Shown piece after piece: positions 37,377 through 47,559 of a DNA stretch of 64,000 bases (position 1 is its first letter; each line of letters starts with the position of its first letter). Under the pieces are notes generated by a model. The model was not told the DNA's origin. It did not search any database and saw only the letters and a program-made list of their open reading frames with translations. The translations under genes and the position numbers were made by a program. The stretch comes from Dehalococcoidia bacterium (GTDB lineage Bacteria > Chloroflexota > Dehalococcoidia > UBA6926): assembly GCA_963666115.2 (NCBI GenBank), contig CAXXET010000004.1, positions 288,001 through 352,000 of the forward strand, in the 5' to 3' direction.

Positions 37377-39209
37377 TTAGCGGCGGCCGAATTGGCGTTC
37401 AAGTTGGGCGGAGCTGAGGTGGACCATCGTCGGGCGGCCGTGGGGGCATAGGCGGGGGAAGTTGGCGTCGCTGAACAGGGTGATCAGGGACTCCATTTCG
37501 GCGAGGGAGAGGGTCTGACCGGCACGGACGGTGGAGTGGCAGGCGATGGTGGCTGCGACGCGCCTTTCCCGCATATCGACGGCGTCCGCGGCCTGGGTGA
37601 TTACGGTATCAGAAGTATCAGCTTCATCAGGGGAGGACTGGATTCCCGCTTTCGCGGGAATGACGGAGGGGTAGTCGTCGATTTCGCCGCCGGAACGCTC
37701 GTCTAGGACTTCGAGGAAGGCTTGCGGGGCCTCTGATTCTTTCAGCGTCGCGGGCATGGCGCGGAGGAGGATAGCATCGTCGCCGAACGTCTCCCACTCG
37801 AACCCGTAGGACGATAGGAGATCGCTCAAGGGGGCGATGGCATCCTGTTGGCGAGTTGTGAGTTGGACGGTGGCAGGCGTGAGGAGGCCCTGCGACGTGG
37901 CGGTCTGCTCTCTGCGCCCGGCGAGGATCTGTTCAAAGACGACGCGTTCATGGGCGGCGTGCTGATCAATGAGGTACATGCCGTCCGGGCCTTCGGCGAC
38001 GATGTAGGTGAGGCCGACCTGGCCGACGGGGCGGAGGGTGAATTGTTGCGGGGGGGGCGGTGCGCCACTGTGTTCGGTTGCCGAATTGGGGTCAAGATTC
38101 CCGCTTTCGCGGGAAAAAGGAGAGGGGGGTGGGAAGAGGGGCGGGGGTTCGAGTTGGATTTCGGCGTCGGGGGGGGCGGAGGGGATTGGGGTTCCTGCTT
38201 GCGCGGGAACAACTGCTGGGAGGTGGACGGCGAGGGTGCGGCGGAGGGCGCGCTGAACGGTTGCGATGACTTCGCCCTCACGCCGCAACCGCACTTCTGC
38301 CTTGGTGGGATGAACGTTGACGTCAATCTCATCGGGCGGGACGGTGACAAAGAGGACAACGAGGGGATAGCGCCCTCGCTGGATGATGTCGCGGTAGGCG
38401 TCGGCAATGGCGTAATAGAGGATGCGGGCCTCAACCAGGCGTCCATTGATAAAGAGAATTTGGCCAGCGCGGCGCGGGCGCGTGGTGCCCGGCTCACTGG
38501 CATAGCCCGAGACGGTCGTTCCGCCCATGGTGGTGGGCTGGATGGGAAGCATACCGGACGCGGTGTCCGGGCCCCACATTTCGAGCAGGACATGGGAAGC
38601 ATCGCCGCTGCCGGGTGAGTGGAACGCGAGGCGTCCATCGACGATGACACGGAGAGCGACATCGGGGTGCGCGAGGGCGTACTGAGTGAGGACGGTAACG
38701 CAGCGCGTCGCCTCGGCGGCGGCTGAGCGGAGGAATGAGAGGCGGGCGGGAACGTTCTTGAAGAGGTCGCGGACAAAGACGGTGGTGCCGAACGGCGCGC
38801 CCTGCATGCCCCGCTCGATGATGTCATTGTCGGCGGCGATGACGTACTGGCCGCCCTCAGTATCCGAAACGCGGGAGACGATTGTCATGCGGGCGACGGC
38901 TGCGATAGAGGCAAGAGCCTCACCGCGAAAGCCGAGAGTGCCGATGCGCTCAAGGTCCCGGACTGTTCGCAACTTGGACGTGGCGTGGCGCATGACGGCG
39001 AGTTCAAGTTCATCCTCCGGGATGCCGGATGCGTCGTCGGTAACGCGGATGAGGTCGAGGCCGCCACGCACGATTTCAACTTCGACCTGGCCGGCGCCGG
39101 CGTCGATTGCGTTTTCGACCAGTTCCTTGACGACGGACGCGGGGCGTTCGATGACCTCGCCGGCAGCGATCTTGGAGGCTACGTCTCGGTCGAGGAGTTG
39201 GATGGGCAT
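37377..39209 (-). CDS. mutL: DNA mismatch repair endonuclease MutL, with three in-frame family B repeats
   Basis: IAAGEVIERPASVVKELVEN, RHATSK, GFRGEAL, DVNVHPTK, DQHAAHER, ACH, CPHGRP. Confidence 0.97.
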   Translation of the reverse strand: MPIQLLDRDVASKIAAGEVIERPASVVKELVENAIDAGAGQVEVEIVRGGLDLIRVTDDASGIPEDELELAVMRHATSKLRTVRDLERIGTLGFRGEALASIAAVARMTIVSRVSDTEGGQYVIAADNDIIERGMQGAPFGTTVFVRDLFKNVPARLSFLRSAAAEATRCVTVLTQYALAHPDVALRVIVDGRLAFHSPGSGDASHVLLEMWGPDTASGMLPIQPTTMGGTTVSGYASEPGTTRPRRAGQILFINGRLVEARILYYAIADAYRDIIQRGRYPLVVLFVTVPPDEIDVNVHPTKAEVRLRREGEVIATVQRALRRTLAVHLPAVVPAQAGTPIPSAPPDAEIQLEPPPLFPPPSPFSRESGNLDPNSATEHSGAPPPPQQFTLRPVGQVGLTYIVAEGPDGMYLIDQHAAHERVVFEQILAGRREQTATSQGLLTPATVQLTTRQQDAIAPLSDLLSSYGFEWETFGDDAILLRAMPATLKESEAPQAFLEVLDERSGGEIDDYPSVIPAKAGIQSSPDEADTSDTVITQAADAVDMRERRVAATIACHSTVRAGQTLSLAEMESLITLFSDANFPRLCPHGRPTMVHLSSAQLERQFGRR

Positions 39210-39210
39210 A

Positions 39211-41844
39211 TCAGTCGCCGCTCGCGCCGTTCCTGCCCTGCTCTGCCAGCTTCTTTAGGTCGTAGAGCTTGGCGAGGGCTTCCATGGGCGTCATCTGATC
39301 AGGGGCCAGGCCGAGGATTTCCTTTTCGACTTGCGTGGCGTCAACCGCCGTCTGCGCGGGGCCGGAATGCAGGCTGAACAGGGCGGGCTGGGCGCCCGTT
39401 CCGGCGGATTGTGAGCCGCCTGCGCCATTCTCAAGCTGGCCGAGAACTTCCTGGGCACGGGCGACAACATCACGGGGCAGGCCGGCAAGCTGCGCGACGT
39501 GGACGCCGTAGGAGCGGTCCGCGCCGCCCGGAACGACCTGCCGCAGGAAAACGACCTTGCCCTCCTCTTCGGAAACGAGGACGTGAAGGTTGAAGGCGCG
39601 GGGGAGGGTCTCGCCGAGTTCGACAAGCTCATGGTAGTGGGTGGCGAACGCGGTGCGGGCGTTGAGGCGGGGGTGATTGTGAATATGCTCCACGACGGCC
39701 CACGCGATGGACAGGCCGTCATAGGTGCTTGTTCCCCTCCCTGTTTCGTCGAGGATGATGAGGGACCGGTCAGTGGCCTGGTGGAGGATGGCAGCGGTTT
39801 CAATCATCTCGACCATGAAGGTTGAGCGCCCGGTTGAGATGTCATCGTGGAGGCCGGCGCGTGTGAAGATGCGGTCTACGAGACCGACGCGGGCAGCAGC
39901 CGCAGGGACAAAGGAGCCGATCTGCGCCATGAGGGCGATGAGGGCAATCTGGCGGAGATAGGTGGACTTACCGGCCATGTTGGGGCCGGTGATAATCGCA
40001 ATGGGTCGGTTTTCCATGAGAGAGATGTCGTTCGGGACGAACGGCTCGTCAAGGACTTCCTCCACGACGGGATGGCGGGCTGAGGTTGCCTCCAATACGC
40101 GGGATTCGTCGATCTCGGGGCGGGTCAGGCGGAGCCGGACGGCGTTCTCGGCGAAAGCCGCAAGGACATCAAGGCGGGCGACGGCGCGGGCGGTGGCGAG
40201 GATGGACTCGCCCTGCTCCACAATCTGTTGGCAGACCTGTCGGAAGATGGCGGATTCAAGCTCCTCTGCGCGCTGCTGCGCTTCGGAAATCTGAACTTCA
40301 AGCTCCTTGAGCCGGGGGGTGAAAAAGCGCTCGCCTCCCGCAATCGTCTGCTTGCGGATGTAATGCTCCGGCACGCGGGGGAGGTGGGGACGCGTGACCT
40401 CGATGTAGTACCCAAAGACGCGGGTGTAGCCAACTTTGAGCGTCGGGATCGCGGTGGCGTCGCGCTCTTCGGTTTCGAGCGCGGCGACGGCGACACGGGC
40501 ATCCGAGGAGACCGCACGCAAGTCTTCAAGCTCCTGCGAGAATCCCTTGCGCACGACGCCGCCTGCGGAAAGAGTTGCGCCAGGCTCATCGGCGACGGCC
40601 TCATTCAACAGCTTGCGGATTTCATCATGCGTTTCGACGTCGTTGAGAGTCCATGCCAGCGGGCTGACGGTTTCATCGTCTCTCGCAATTTCGGGCAGCG
40701 GGGCGGCGTTCAATACGGCGTGGACGCCTGCGACGGCTTCAAGGCCGCGGCGAACGGCAACAACATCGCGGGGCGCGGCGGAGCCGGAGCGGATGAAGTT
40801 GATGAGCCGCTCAAGATCCGGGAGCCCGTGCATGGCAGCGCGCAGACGTGAGCGGAGCATGGGGTCCTGCGCCAGCGCCTCAACGTTGTCATGCCGTTCG
40901 ACTATGGCCTCGCGGTTGAGGAGAGGGCGTCCGAGCCACTGGCGGAGCAGGCGGCGTCCCATGGGGGTCTGCGTTGTATCGAGGAGGCCGAGCAACCCGC
41001 CTTCGCGCGCGCCGGAACTGCCCTCAAAGAGTTCAAGGGTGCGTATCGTTTGGGGATCGAGAATCATCATTTCCGCCGTTTGGCGGGTGGAGAGGGTTTG
41101 AACCTGCGTGAGAGCGCCGCGCTGCGTTTCCTGTAGATAGGCGAGCACGGCTCCCGCCGCCGAGATTGCCAGCGGCATGTTCTCGCAGCCATACGGTTCA
41201 AGGGAGTACACACCAAAGTGCGCCACGAGGCGTTGACGGGCGTCGCGTTCATCAAATGTGGATGCATCGGCTGAGACGAGCGCGGCATCGTCAAGAACCG
41301 GCGGCGCATCGAGGCTTTCCGGGACGAGCAGCTCTACCGGAGCGAGCGCGCCAAGTTCCGTTTGCAGATCATCCACGGAGAGTTCGAGCGTAACGAATTC
41401 GGATGTGGAGATATCCGCGTAGGCCAGCCCGGCGCGCTGGCCGTCAACAGTGACGGCCGCGAGGAAATTATTGGCGCTCTCAGGCAGCAAATCGTGTTGG
41501 AGGACGGTGCCGGGCGTGACGACGCGGATAATCTCGCGGTCGAGGATACCCTTTGCCGTCTTGGGGTCGCCGAACTGCTCGCAGACGGCAACCCTGTGCC
41601 CTTTCTCCAGCAGGCGGGCTAACGAGGCATCGAGGGAATGGGTGGGAACGCCGGCAAGAGGAACACGATGGCCGCGTCCAAGCTCCTTGGAGGTGAGGGC
41701 GATGCCCAGGTCACGCGACACGATTTCGGCGTCTTCCCCGAACGTCTCGTAGAAGTCGCCGAGCCGAAAGAGCAGGATTCCGTCCGGGAACTCGGCCTTG
41801 ATCCGCTCGTATTGCCGCTTAAGGGGAGAACCCCGTGTGGTCAT
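39211..41844 (-). CDS. mutS: DNA mismatch repair protein MutS
   Basis: LFRLGDFYE, TGPNMAGKST, STFMVEM, DETGRGT, FATHYHEL; probable start MTTRGSP at 41844. Confidence 0.97.
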   Translation of the reverse strand: MTTRGSPLKRQYERIKAEFPDGILLFRLGDFYETFGEDAEIVSRDLGIALTSKELGRGHRVPLAGVPTHSLDASLARLLEKGHRVAVCEQFGDPKTAKGILDREIIRVVTPGTVLQHDLLPESANNFLAAVTVDGQRAGLAYADISTSEFVTLELSVDDLQTELGALAPVELLVPESLDAPPVLDDAALVSADASTFDERDARQRLVAHFGVYSLEPYGCENMPLAISAAGAVLAYLQETQRGALTQVQTLSTRQTAEMMILDPQTIRTLELFEGSSGAREGGLLGLLDTTQTPMGRRLLRQWLGRPLLNREAIVERHDNVEALAQDPMLRSRLRAAMHGLPDLERLINFIRSGSAAPRDVVAVRRGLEAVAGVHAVLNAAPLPEIARDDETVSPLAWTLNDVETHDEIRKLLNEAVADEPGATLSAGGVVRKGFSQELEDLRAVSSDARVAVAALETEERDATAIPTLKVGYTRVFGYYIEVTRPHLPRVPEHYIRKQTIAGGERFFTPRLKELEVQISEAQQRAEELESAIFRQVCQQIVEQGESILATARAVARLDVLAAFAENAVRLRLTRPEIDESRVLEATSARHPVVEEVLDEPFVPNDISLMENRPIAIITGPNMAGKSTYLRQIALIALMAQIGSFVPAAAARVGLVDRIFTRAGLHDDISTGRSTFMVEMIETAAILHQATDRSLIILDETGRGTSTYDGLSIAWAVVEHIHNHPRLNARTAFATHYHELVELGETLPRAFNLHVLVSEEEGKVVFLRQVVPGGADRSYGVHVAQLAGLPRDVVARAQEVLGQLENGAGGSQSAGTGAQPALFSLHSGPAQTAVDATQVEKEILGLAPDQMTPMEALAKLYDLKKLAEQGRNGASGD

Positions 41845-41892
41845 GGAGCGAGTATAGCGGGGAGGGCGCGCGGGGCGGTAGGATTCGAGGAT

Positions 41893-43191
41893 ATGAGGGA
41901 ACGTGGATCGACTGTTGAGGCTGGGCAGGGCGCGGCGGCGGGGCGGCGCCTCTATACACGTTCTTTCGTCCTGCTGTTCCTGATGGAGTTCACGATCTTC
42001 GTGACCTTCTACATGCTGCTGCCGACGGTGCCGCTGTACATCAAGGAGTTGGGCGGCACAAATTCGACCGTTGGGCTGGTCATCGGCATCGCCGGGCCCG
42101 TCGCGGCGTTCGGCGTCCCCCTGTACGGGCTGGGCGTGGACAGGTGGAGCCGCAAGGGAATGGCGGTTCTCGGATTGATGATCAACGTTGCCGGCGCGCT
42201 GGTGATGATCATCGTCGTGTCGCCGCTGATGATGCTGATACCGACGATTCTGCGGCGCGTGGGGTCCGGCGCAACGGGGGCGGCGACGCGGACGCTGATC
42301 CTGGACATTGCGCCGCCGAGCAGGCGCGGCGAGGCGATGACGAACTTTGCCACGTCGCACAACATCGCCATCGCGTTTGGGCCCGCCGTTGGGCTGTGGA
42401 TCTATCACGGTTTCGGATCGACGGAACTGTTCCTTGCGTGCGCTGCGGTGATGGCGGGGGCGGCGTTGTTTTTGTGGCCTGTGGGCGGACGCCCTCACCC
42501 TAGCCCTCTCCCGGGGGGAGAGGGGGCAGCGGCTGGCGACGCCAAACGTGTCCCAGAGGGAGAAGAGAGCGGAGAGCCGCGACGGGAGACGTGGGTGGAC
42601 AAGTTGATTGTGCCGGAGGCGCTTGTGCCGGGGATCACGGTGCTGCTGTTGTCCGCAGCGTACCTGGCAACGACGACATTCGTGTCCATCCTGGGAGAGA
42701 CGCGGGATGTGCCGAATTACGAGTGGTTCTTCGTGCTGTACGCGGTCGTGGTTATTTCCGGGCGCCTGCTGACAGGCCGCGTCTCCGATACGTATGGCCG
42801 GGCAATTATCCTGCTACCGTCGCTGGCGCTGACGGTGGGGTGCATGGTGACGCTGGCGTTTACGTATTCGACCGCCGGGTTCCTCGCGGCGGCGTTCATG
42901 CTGGGGCTGGGGTTTGGAACAGGACAGCCAATGCTGCAAGCCCTCGCGGCCGACTGGACACCGCCGGAGAAGTACGGGCGCGCGATGTCCATGATGATGG
43001 GCGGTTTCTCGTTCGGCTCGGCTGCGGGAACGGTATTCGTTGGCGAGGTGAGCGAACGACTGGACTTCACGGCGGCGTTCCTGGGGCTGGCAGTGTCGGC
43101 CGGCATTGCGCTGCTCATCGCGTGGTGGGGATTCCGGCGGCGCCGGATCCCGGTGTTTGGGGCGGCGGCGCGGCGGGGTACAATCGGATAG
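41893..43191 (+). CDS. MFS transporter with in-frame family D repeat in the central loop
   Basis: About 12 TM segments, GLGVDRWSRK and GRVSDTYGR motif A; GRPHPSPLPGGEG from 42492-42526. Confidence 0.9.
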   Translation: MRERGSTVEAGQGAAAGRRLYTRSFVLLFLMEFTIFVTFYMLLPTVPLYIKELGGTNSTVGLVIGIAGPVAAFGVPLYGLGVDRWSRKGMAVLGLMINVAGALVMIIVVSPLMMLIPTILRRVGSGATGAATRTLILDIAPPSRRGEAMTNFATSHNIAIAFGPAVGLWIYHGFGSTELFLACAAVMAGAALFLWPVGGRPHPSPLPGGEGAAAGDAKRVPEGEESGEPRRETWVDKLIVPEALVPGITVLLLSAAYLATTTFVSILGETRDVPNYEWFFVLYAVVVISGRLLTGRVSDTYGRAIILLPSLALTVGCMVTLAFTYSTAGFLAAAFMLGLGFGTGQPMLQALAADWTPPEKYGRAMSMMMGGFSFGSAAGTVFVGEVSERLDFTAAFLGLAVSAGIALLIAWWGFRRRRIPVFGAAARRGTIG

Positions 43192-43242
43192 GACTGACCC
43201 GCAGCGGCAGATGATTCAGGCAACGGTGGAGGACATTGGACA

Positions 43243-44316
43243 ATGACCGTGGATTTCGTAAGCAACGAAGAAACGATCCAGGCAGCGCGCAAGAACCTGG
43301 ACCAGGCGGGGTGGGACTACCTGGTGGGGGGATCGGAATCGGAGACGACGATGCGGCGCAACCGCGCGGCGTTCGACCGCGTGGCATTCCGTCCGCGCGT
43401 GCTGCGCGACGTATCGCAGATGGACCCGTCCACCGAGTTCCTGGGCCATAAGATGCGAATACCGGTGATGCTGGCGCCGGTTGGGGGCATGCAGCGGCTA
43501 AGCCCTGACGGGGCGGGCGCCTCCGCAAAGGCGGCGGAGGCATTCGGCACGATACAGACGGTCAGTTCCGTGTCCGAGCCGGGGCTTGAGGGCACGATGG
43601 AGGCGGCGAACGGCCCCAAGCTGTTCCAGATGTATATCCAGGGCGACTGGGAGTGGATCGAGGGCATGGCGCCGCGCATCAAGGCAGCGGGCTATCACGC
43701 CTTCGTGCTGACCGTGGACAACGCGCGGTACAGCCGGCGCGAGCGGCCCATCGTCGGGCGTTCAGTGCCGGCGAATCTGAACGTGCAGCGCGTCTCGCCC
43801 GGCTCATCGGTGACGTGGGAGCTGGCTGAGCGCATCCGCGACCTGATGGGCCTGCCATTCGCGGTCAAGGGCATCCAGACGGCGGAGGACGCGGAGATGG
43901 CCGTCGAGCGCGGCTTTGACATCATCTGGGTGTCCAACCACGGCGGACGCCAGATCGACCATGCGCTGGGCAGCCTGGACACGCTGCCGGAAATCGCGAA
44001 GGCCGTTGACGGACGCGCCAAGATCGTGCTGGACGGCGGCATCGTACGCGGCAGCGACGTGGTCAAGTCGCTCGCGCTGGGCGCGGACTGCGTGGCGGTC
44101 GGCAAGCTGCAGGGCTGGGGCCTTGCGGCGGGCGGCGTGGACGGCATCGTGCGCTCGCTGGAAATCATGGAGGATGAGATGCTGAGCGCGATGGCGCTCA
44201 TCGGCGTGTCCAAGGTTGGTCAGATCGACGGGTCCTACGTAACGGAGGGATATCCGGTGACGCCGCCGCACGAGATGAGCGCGTGGGTGAATATGCCGGA
44301 CAGCCGGATTTCCTAG
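43243..44316 (+). CDS. FMN-dependent alpha-hydroxy acid dehydrogenase/oxidase
   Basis: RPRVLRDVS, LTVD, AVKGI, VSNHGGRQID, DGGIVRGSDVVK. Confidence 0.92.
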   Translation: MTVDFVSNEETIQAARKNLDQAGWDYLVGGSESETTMRRNRAAFDRVAFRPRVLRDVSQMDPSTEFLGHKMRIPVMLAPVGGMQRLSPDGAGASAKAAEAFGTIQTVSSVSEPGLEGTMEAANGPKLFQMYIQGDWEWIEGMAPRIKAAGYHAFVLTVDNARYSRRERPIVGRSVPANLNVQRVSPGSSVTWELAERIRDLMGLPFAVKGIQTAEDAEMAVERGFDIIWVSNHGGRQIDHALGSLDTLPEIAKAVDGRAKIVLDGGIVRGSDVVKSLALGADCVAVGKLQGWGLAAGGVDGIVRSLEIMEDEMLSAMALIGVSKVGQIDGSYVTEGYPVTPPHEMSAWVNMPDSRIS

Positions 44317-44325
44317 GGGCGAGTA

Positions 44326-44349
44326 GATTCCCGCTTTCGCGGGAATGAC
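44326..44349 (+). repeat. Family B palindrome between convergent genes
   Basis: GATTCCCGCTTTCGCGGGAATGAC. Confidence 0.88.
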
Positions 44350-44359
44350 GGAGGGGATT

Positions 44360-44950
44360 CTACCAATCGCCGAGGGTGGATTTGTAGCAGCGGTCCTGGT
44401 GGTCGTTGACCATGCCGGTGGCCTGCATGTGGGCGTAGCAGACTGTTGAGCCGACGAACTTGAAGCCGCGGGACTTGAGGTCTTTTGCCATGGCATCCGA
44501 CTCCGGCGAGGTGGCGGGAACGTCCTCCCAACCCTGAATCGGGTTAGGGCTGCGCAGGGTCTTGTAGTTGGTGAACTGCCAGATGTAGCGGTCGAACGAG
44601 CCGAACTCTTCCTGCACTTCAATGAACCGCTGGGCGTTCGTGATTGCGCCGAGAATCTTTAGGCGGTTGCGGACGATGCCCTTGTCTTCGAGCAGGCGCG
44701 CAACATCTTCGTCGTTAAATTGAGCGACCTTGTGAGCATCGAAGCCGGCGAACGCCTTACGAAAAGCCTCGCGCTTATTCAGGATGAGCCGCCACGAGAG
44801 GCCGGCCTGGAATCCCTCGAGAATCAGGAATTCAAAGAGCTTGTCGTCGTCGTGGAGCGGCGTTCCCCATTCCTCGTCATGGTAGGCGATCATGTCAGGG
44901 CTGACGTCAACATCGGGCCAGCAGCGGGCGGGTGGAGGGGAGTCTGTCAT
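44360..44950 (-). CDS. tag: DNA-3-methyladenine glycosylase I
   Basis: RCW, YHDEEWG, LEGFQAGLSW, IVRNRLKI, FKFVGSTVCYA.MQATGMVNDH. Confidence 0.95.
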   Translation of the reverse strand: MTDSPPPARCWPDVDVSPDMIAYHDEEWGTPLHDDDKLFEFLILEGFQAGLSWRLILNKREAFRKAFAGFDAHKVAQFNDEDVARLLEDKGIVRNRLKILGAITNAQRFIEVQEEFGSFDRYIWQFTNYKTLRSPNPIQGWEDVPATSPESDAMAKDLKSRGFKFVGSTVCYAHMQATGMVNDHQDRCYKSTLGDW

Positions 44951-45174
44951 GGGGTCAGAATCCTGATGGTGACGTTGTAGCGAGGCATGGAGCAGGCATG
45001 GGGGAGGGACTCAAAGGAGACAACTTCGGCGGCGCGCCACGTTTGGTTGGGGTCTTCGGCAGTGATGACGATGCCAGGAGCAGGTTCAAGGGGTTCTTCA
45101 TCGCGGATGTGTATTCCGAGAGGCCGATTGTCGTCATGGGCGCGGAGATACCAGGTTGCGGCGCTTGCGACCAT
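44947..45174 (-). CDS. Small hypothetical protein
   Basis: Fills the gap between two co-oriented genes; stop overlaps tag start. Confidence 0.5.
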   Translation of the reverse strand: MVASAATWYLRAHDDNRPLGIHIRDEEPLEPAPGIVITAEDPNQTWRAAEVVSFESLPHACSMPRYNVTIRILTP

Positions 45175-45179
45175 GCCGG

Positions 45180-47458
45180 CTAAACTGCGGCCAAGCGAAT
45201 GCGGCCAGGCGAAAGCGGCCACGTCTTGCCGGTGAGTTCGGAATCGAGCAGATCATACGAGAGACCGGCATAGTTGGGGACTGTGGCTGCGATGTCCGCG
45301 AAGATGTCAGGCGCGTCCTGGTAGGCAAGATCGGCCGATCCGAGTTGGCGCGCGATCTCAGTTGGGGCGCACCAGACGGGGTGGGCATCGCCAGGCGCGT
45401 CCTTGATGGCACGGACGCGCTGGACGCGGCGCTCTGCGTTCGTGTACGTGCCCTCACGCTCGACGGCAGCGGCGGCGGGAATGAGGACGTTGGCCAGCGC
45501 GGCAAGCTCATCATCAATCACAAGGCCCTGCACCACCAGGAACTCCAAGCGACCGAGGGCGGCGAGCAGGCGCGCACGTGAAGAGTCGCCGATGTCGGCG
45601 GGAATGCTTCCGGTCCAATACAGCGCGGTCACAGCGCCGGATTCGATGGCGTCAATGATTTCGTCAAGCGCAATGGCATCCGCGCCAAGCACGTCACTGA
45701 CTCCCTGCACGTTGCCGCCGCCGGGGCGCAGCACGTGGAGGCCGCCGCCCTGCGGGTTGGCGATGTTGCCCGTCACTGCGGCGATAGAGGCAATGAGCGC
45801 AGCCAGGCCGGATGGGTCATCCGCGCCCACGCCGTATATCAGGGCGGCGGGCGACGACGTAGCAATGACGCGGGCGGCCCAGCGGAGATCATCGGCGGAG
45901 ACGCCTGCCTGAGCCGCCGCGTCTTCAACCGTCGTACCCGCGAGACTCTCAGACAGATCGGAAAGGCCGTCTATGGACTGTTCGACAAATTCATCATGGA
46001 TGAGGCCGGCATCGAGCAGGGCGCGAAGGATGCCGCGCAAGACCGCCGGCTCAGTCCCCTCCGCGCAGGCGAGCCACCGCTCGGAGGCGCGGCCAAGCTC
46101 CGGGTAGGCGGCGGGGCCGATACCGATGAGCGTGGTGTCGTTGTAGTTGACGGCCTTGTGAACCTGGTAGGCGGCGACGGGATGGGTGAGTTCGATATCC
46201 GAACCGACCACGAGGACGGCGCGGGACTTTGCGATGTCCCGGATGGGGTTGGCGTTGGCGGCGCTGCCGAACATGGCGGCGAGTTCCCTGCCCGACTGAA
46301 CCGGCGCCGACGCCGCCAGGGCAACATGCTCAGTTTGCAAGGATTCACGGGCGAAACGATTCAATGTCCAGGCGTCCTCATTAGCGACACGGGGAGAAAT
46401 CACGACGGCAGCGGAATCACCGGCACGGTCGCGGAGTCCCTCAGCGGCGGCTGTGATCGCGTCGTCCCAGGACGCCTCAGCCGGAGCGCCGTTGGCGTCA
46501 CGAATCATGGCGCTGATCAGGCGGGCCTCATTAGCGGCCTCGTCGGCGAGTTCGAATTTGCCATGGATGCACGCCAAGCCGCCGTTCGCGCCTCCCTCGA
46601 TATCAGGCGTGACACGCAGCAGACGGCCGTCCTTGAGTTCCGCCGTCACCTGGCAGCCGATCTCACACTCCGTGCAGACGGTTGTGACGCCGGTGTCCGG
46701 CAGGCCGGCCCACTTGTTGTCCTTCTCCGTGAGCGCGCCGACGGGGCAGACGTCCACACACGCGCCGCAGAAGGTGCAGCCGGTCAGCGGATCGGACAGG
46801 GGCACGTCGTTTGGCGTGCCCAGGGAGGATGCGGTCTCCGCGGTCGACCATCGAGATGGCCTCCGCGCCAATGACCTCATCACACACGCGCACACAGCGC
46901 GCGCATGAAATGCAGAGGTTGTAGTCGCGATCGATGTGCGGGTCTTCTGTGCGGATCGGCAGTTCGCGGTAGGTGTACGGCAGGAGCTGTTCCGTGACGC
47001 CGACGATTTCGACCGTCGCCTGCAGCTCGCAACGCTGGTTCTGCGGGCAAACGACACAGCGGTCGGTCACGGAGACGTTGCGCAGGCAAATATCATTTCG
47101 GGCCGCAGTGGACGATGCGGTCGCACGTCAGGCATCCGTGCGGATGCTCGGACATGAGGAGGTTAAGGACGGACTGGCGCAGTTCGACGGTCTCGTCGGA
47201 GTTGGTGCGGTAGGCAGCGTCCGGGGCGGCGGGGGCGACGCAGGCCGCGGCAAAGCCGGGGCGTCCCTCCTGCTCAACCATGCACATGCGACAGGCGCCG
47301 TAGGCCTTGAGCCGCTCATCGTAGCAGAGGGTGGGGATGTAGATACCGGCCTCGGCGGCCGCCTCAAGGATGGTAGACCCTGCCGGGGCAGTGACCTGCC
47401 GCCCGTCAATCGTGATGGTGATTGTGTCGGCGGGGGCTGCCTGCGTCACGTTTGACAC
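45180..47458 (-). pseudogene. NuoG/formate-dehydrogenase-alpha-like Fe-S protein split by two +1 frameshifts (47096-47098, 46819-46821)
   Basis: 2Fe-2S (IPTLC..GACRMC), EHPHGCLTC, CISCARCVRVC, CTFCGACVDVCP and CTECEIGC motifs lie in three frames; removing one A and one G restores one ORF. Confidence 0.8.
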
Positions 47459-47527
47459 CTCCGAAGCGCTTGTGTTCCTGTGTTCAGATTATCCCACGAG
47501 CGCGGCGCACTCAATACGGGGAGGCTG

Positions 47528-47547
47528 GATTCCCGCTTTCGCGGGAA
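47528..47547 (+). repeat. Family B palindrome
   Basis: GATTCCCGCTTTCGCGGGAA. Confidence 0.85.
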
Positions 47548-47559
47548 AGCGGATTCCAG

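Noticed and set aside
41845-42498. Long N-terminal extension of MutS in the ORF track
   Set aside because: It is antisense to the MFS gene; MutS homology and a TATACT box support the start at 41844
47093-47095. TGA in the FDH/NuoG-like gene as selenocysteine
   Set aside because: Readthrough gives non-homologous sequence; the conserved Cys motifs continue in another frame, so it is a frameshift
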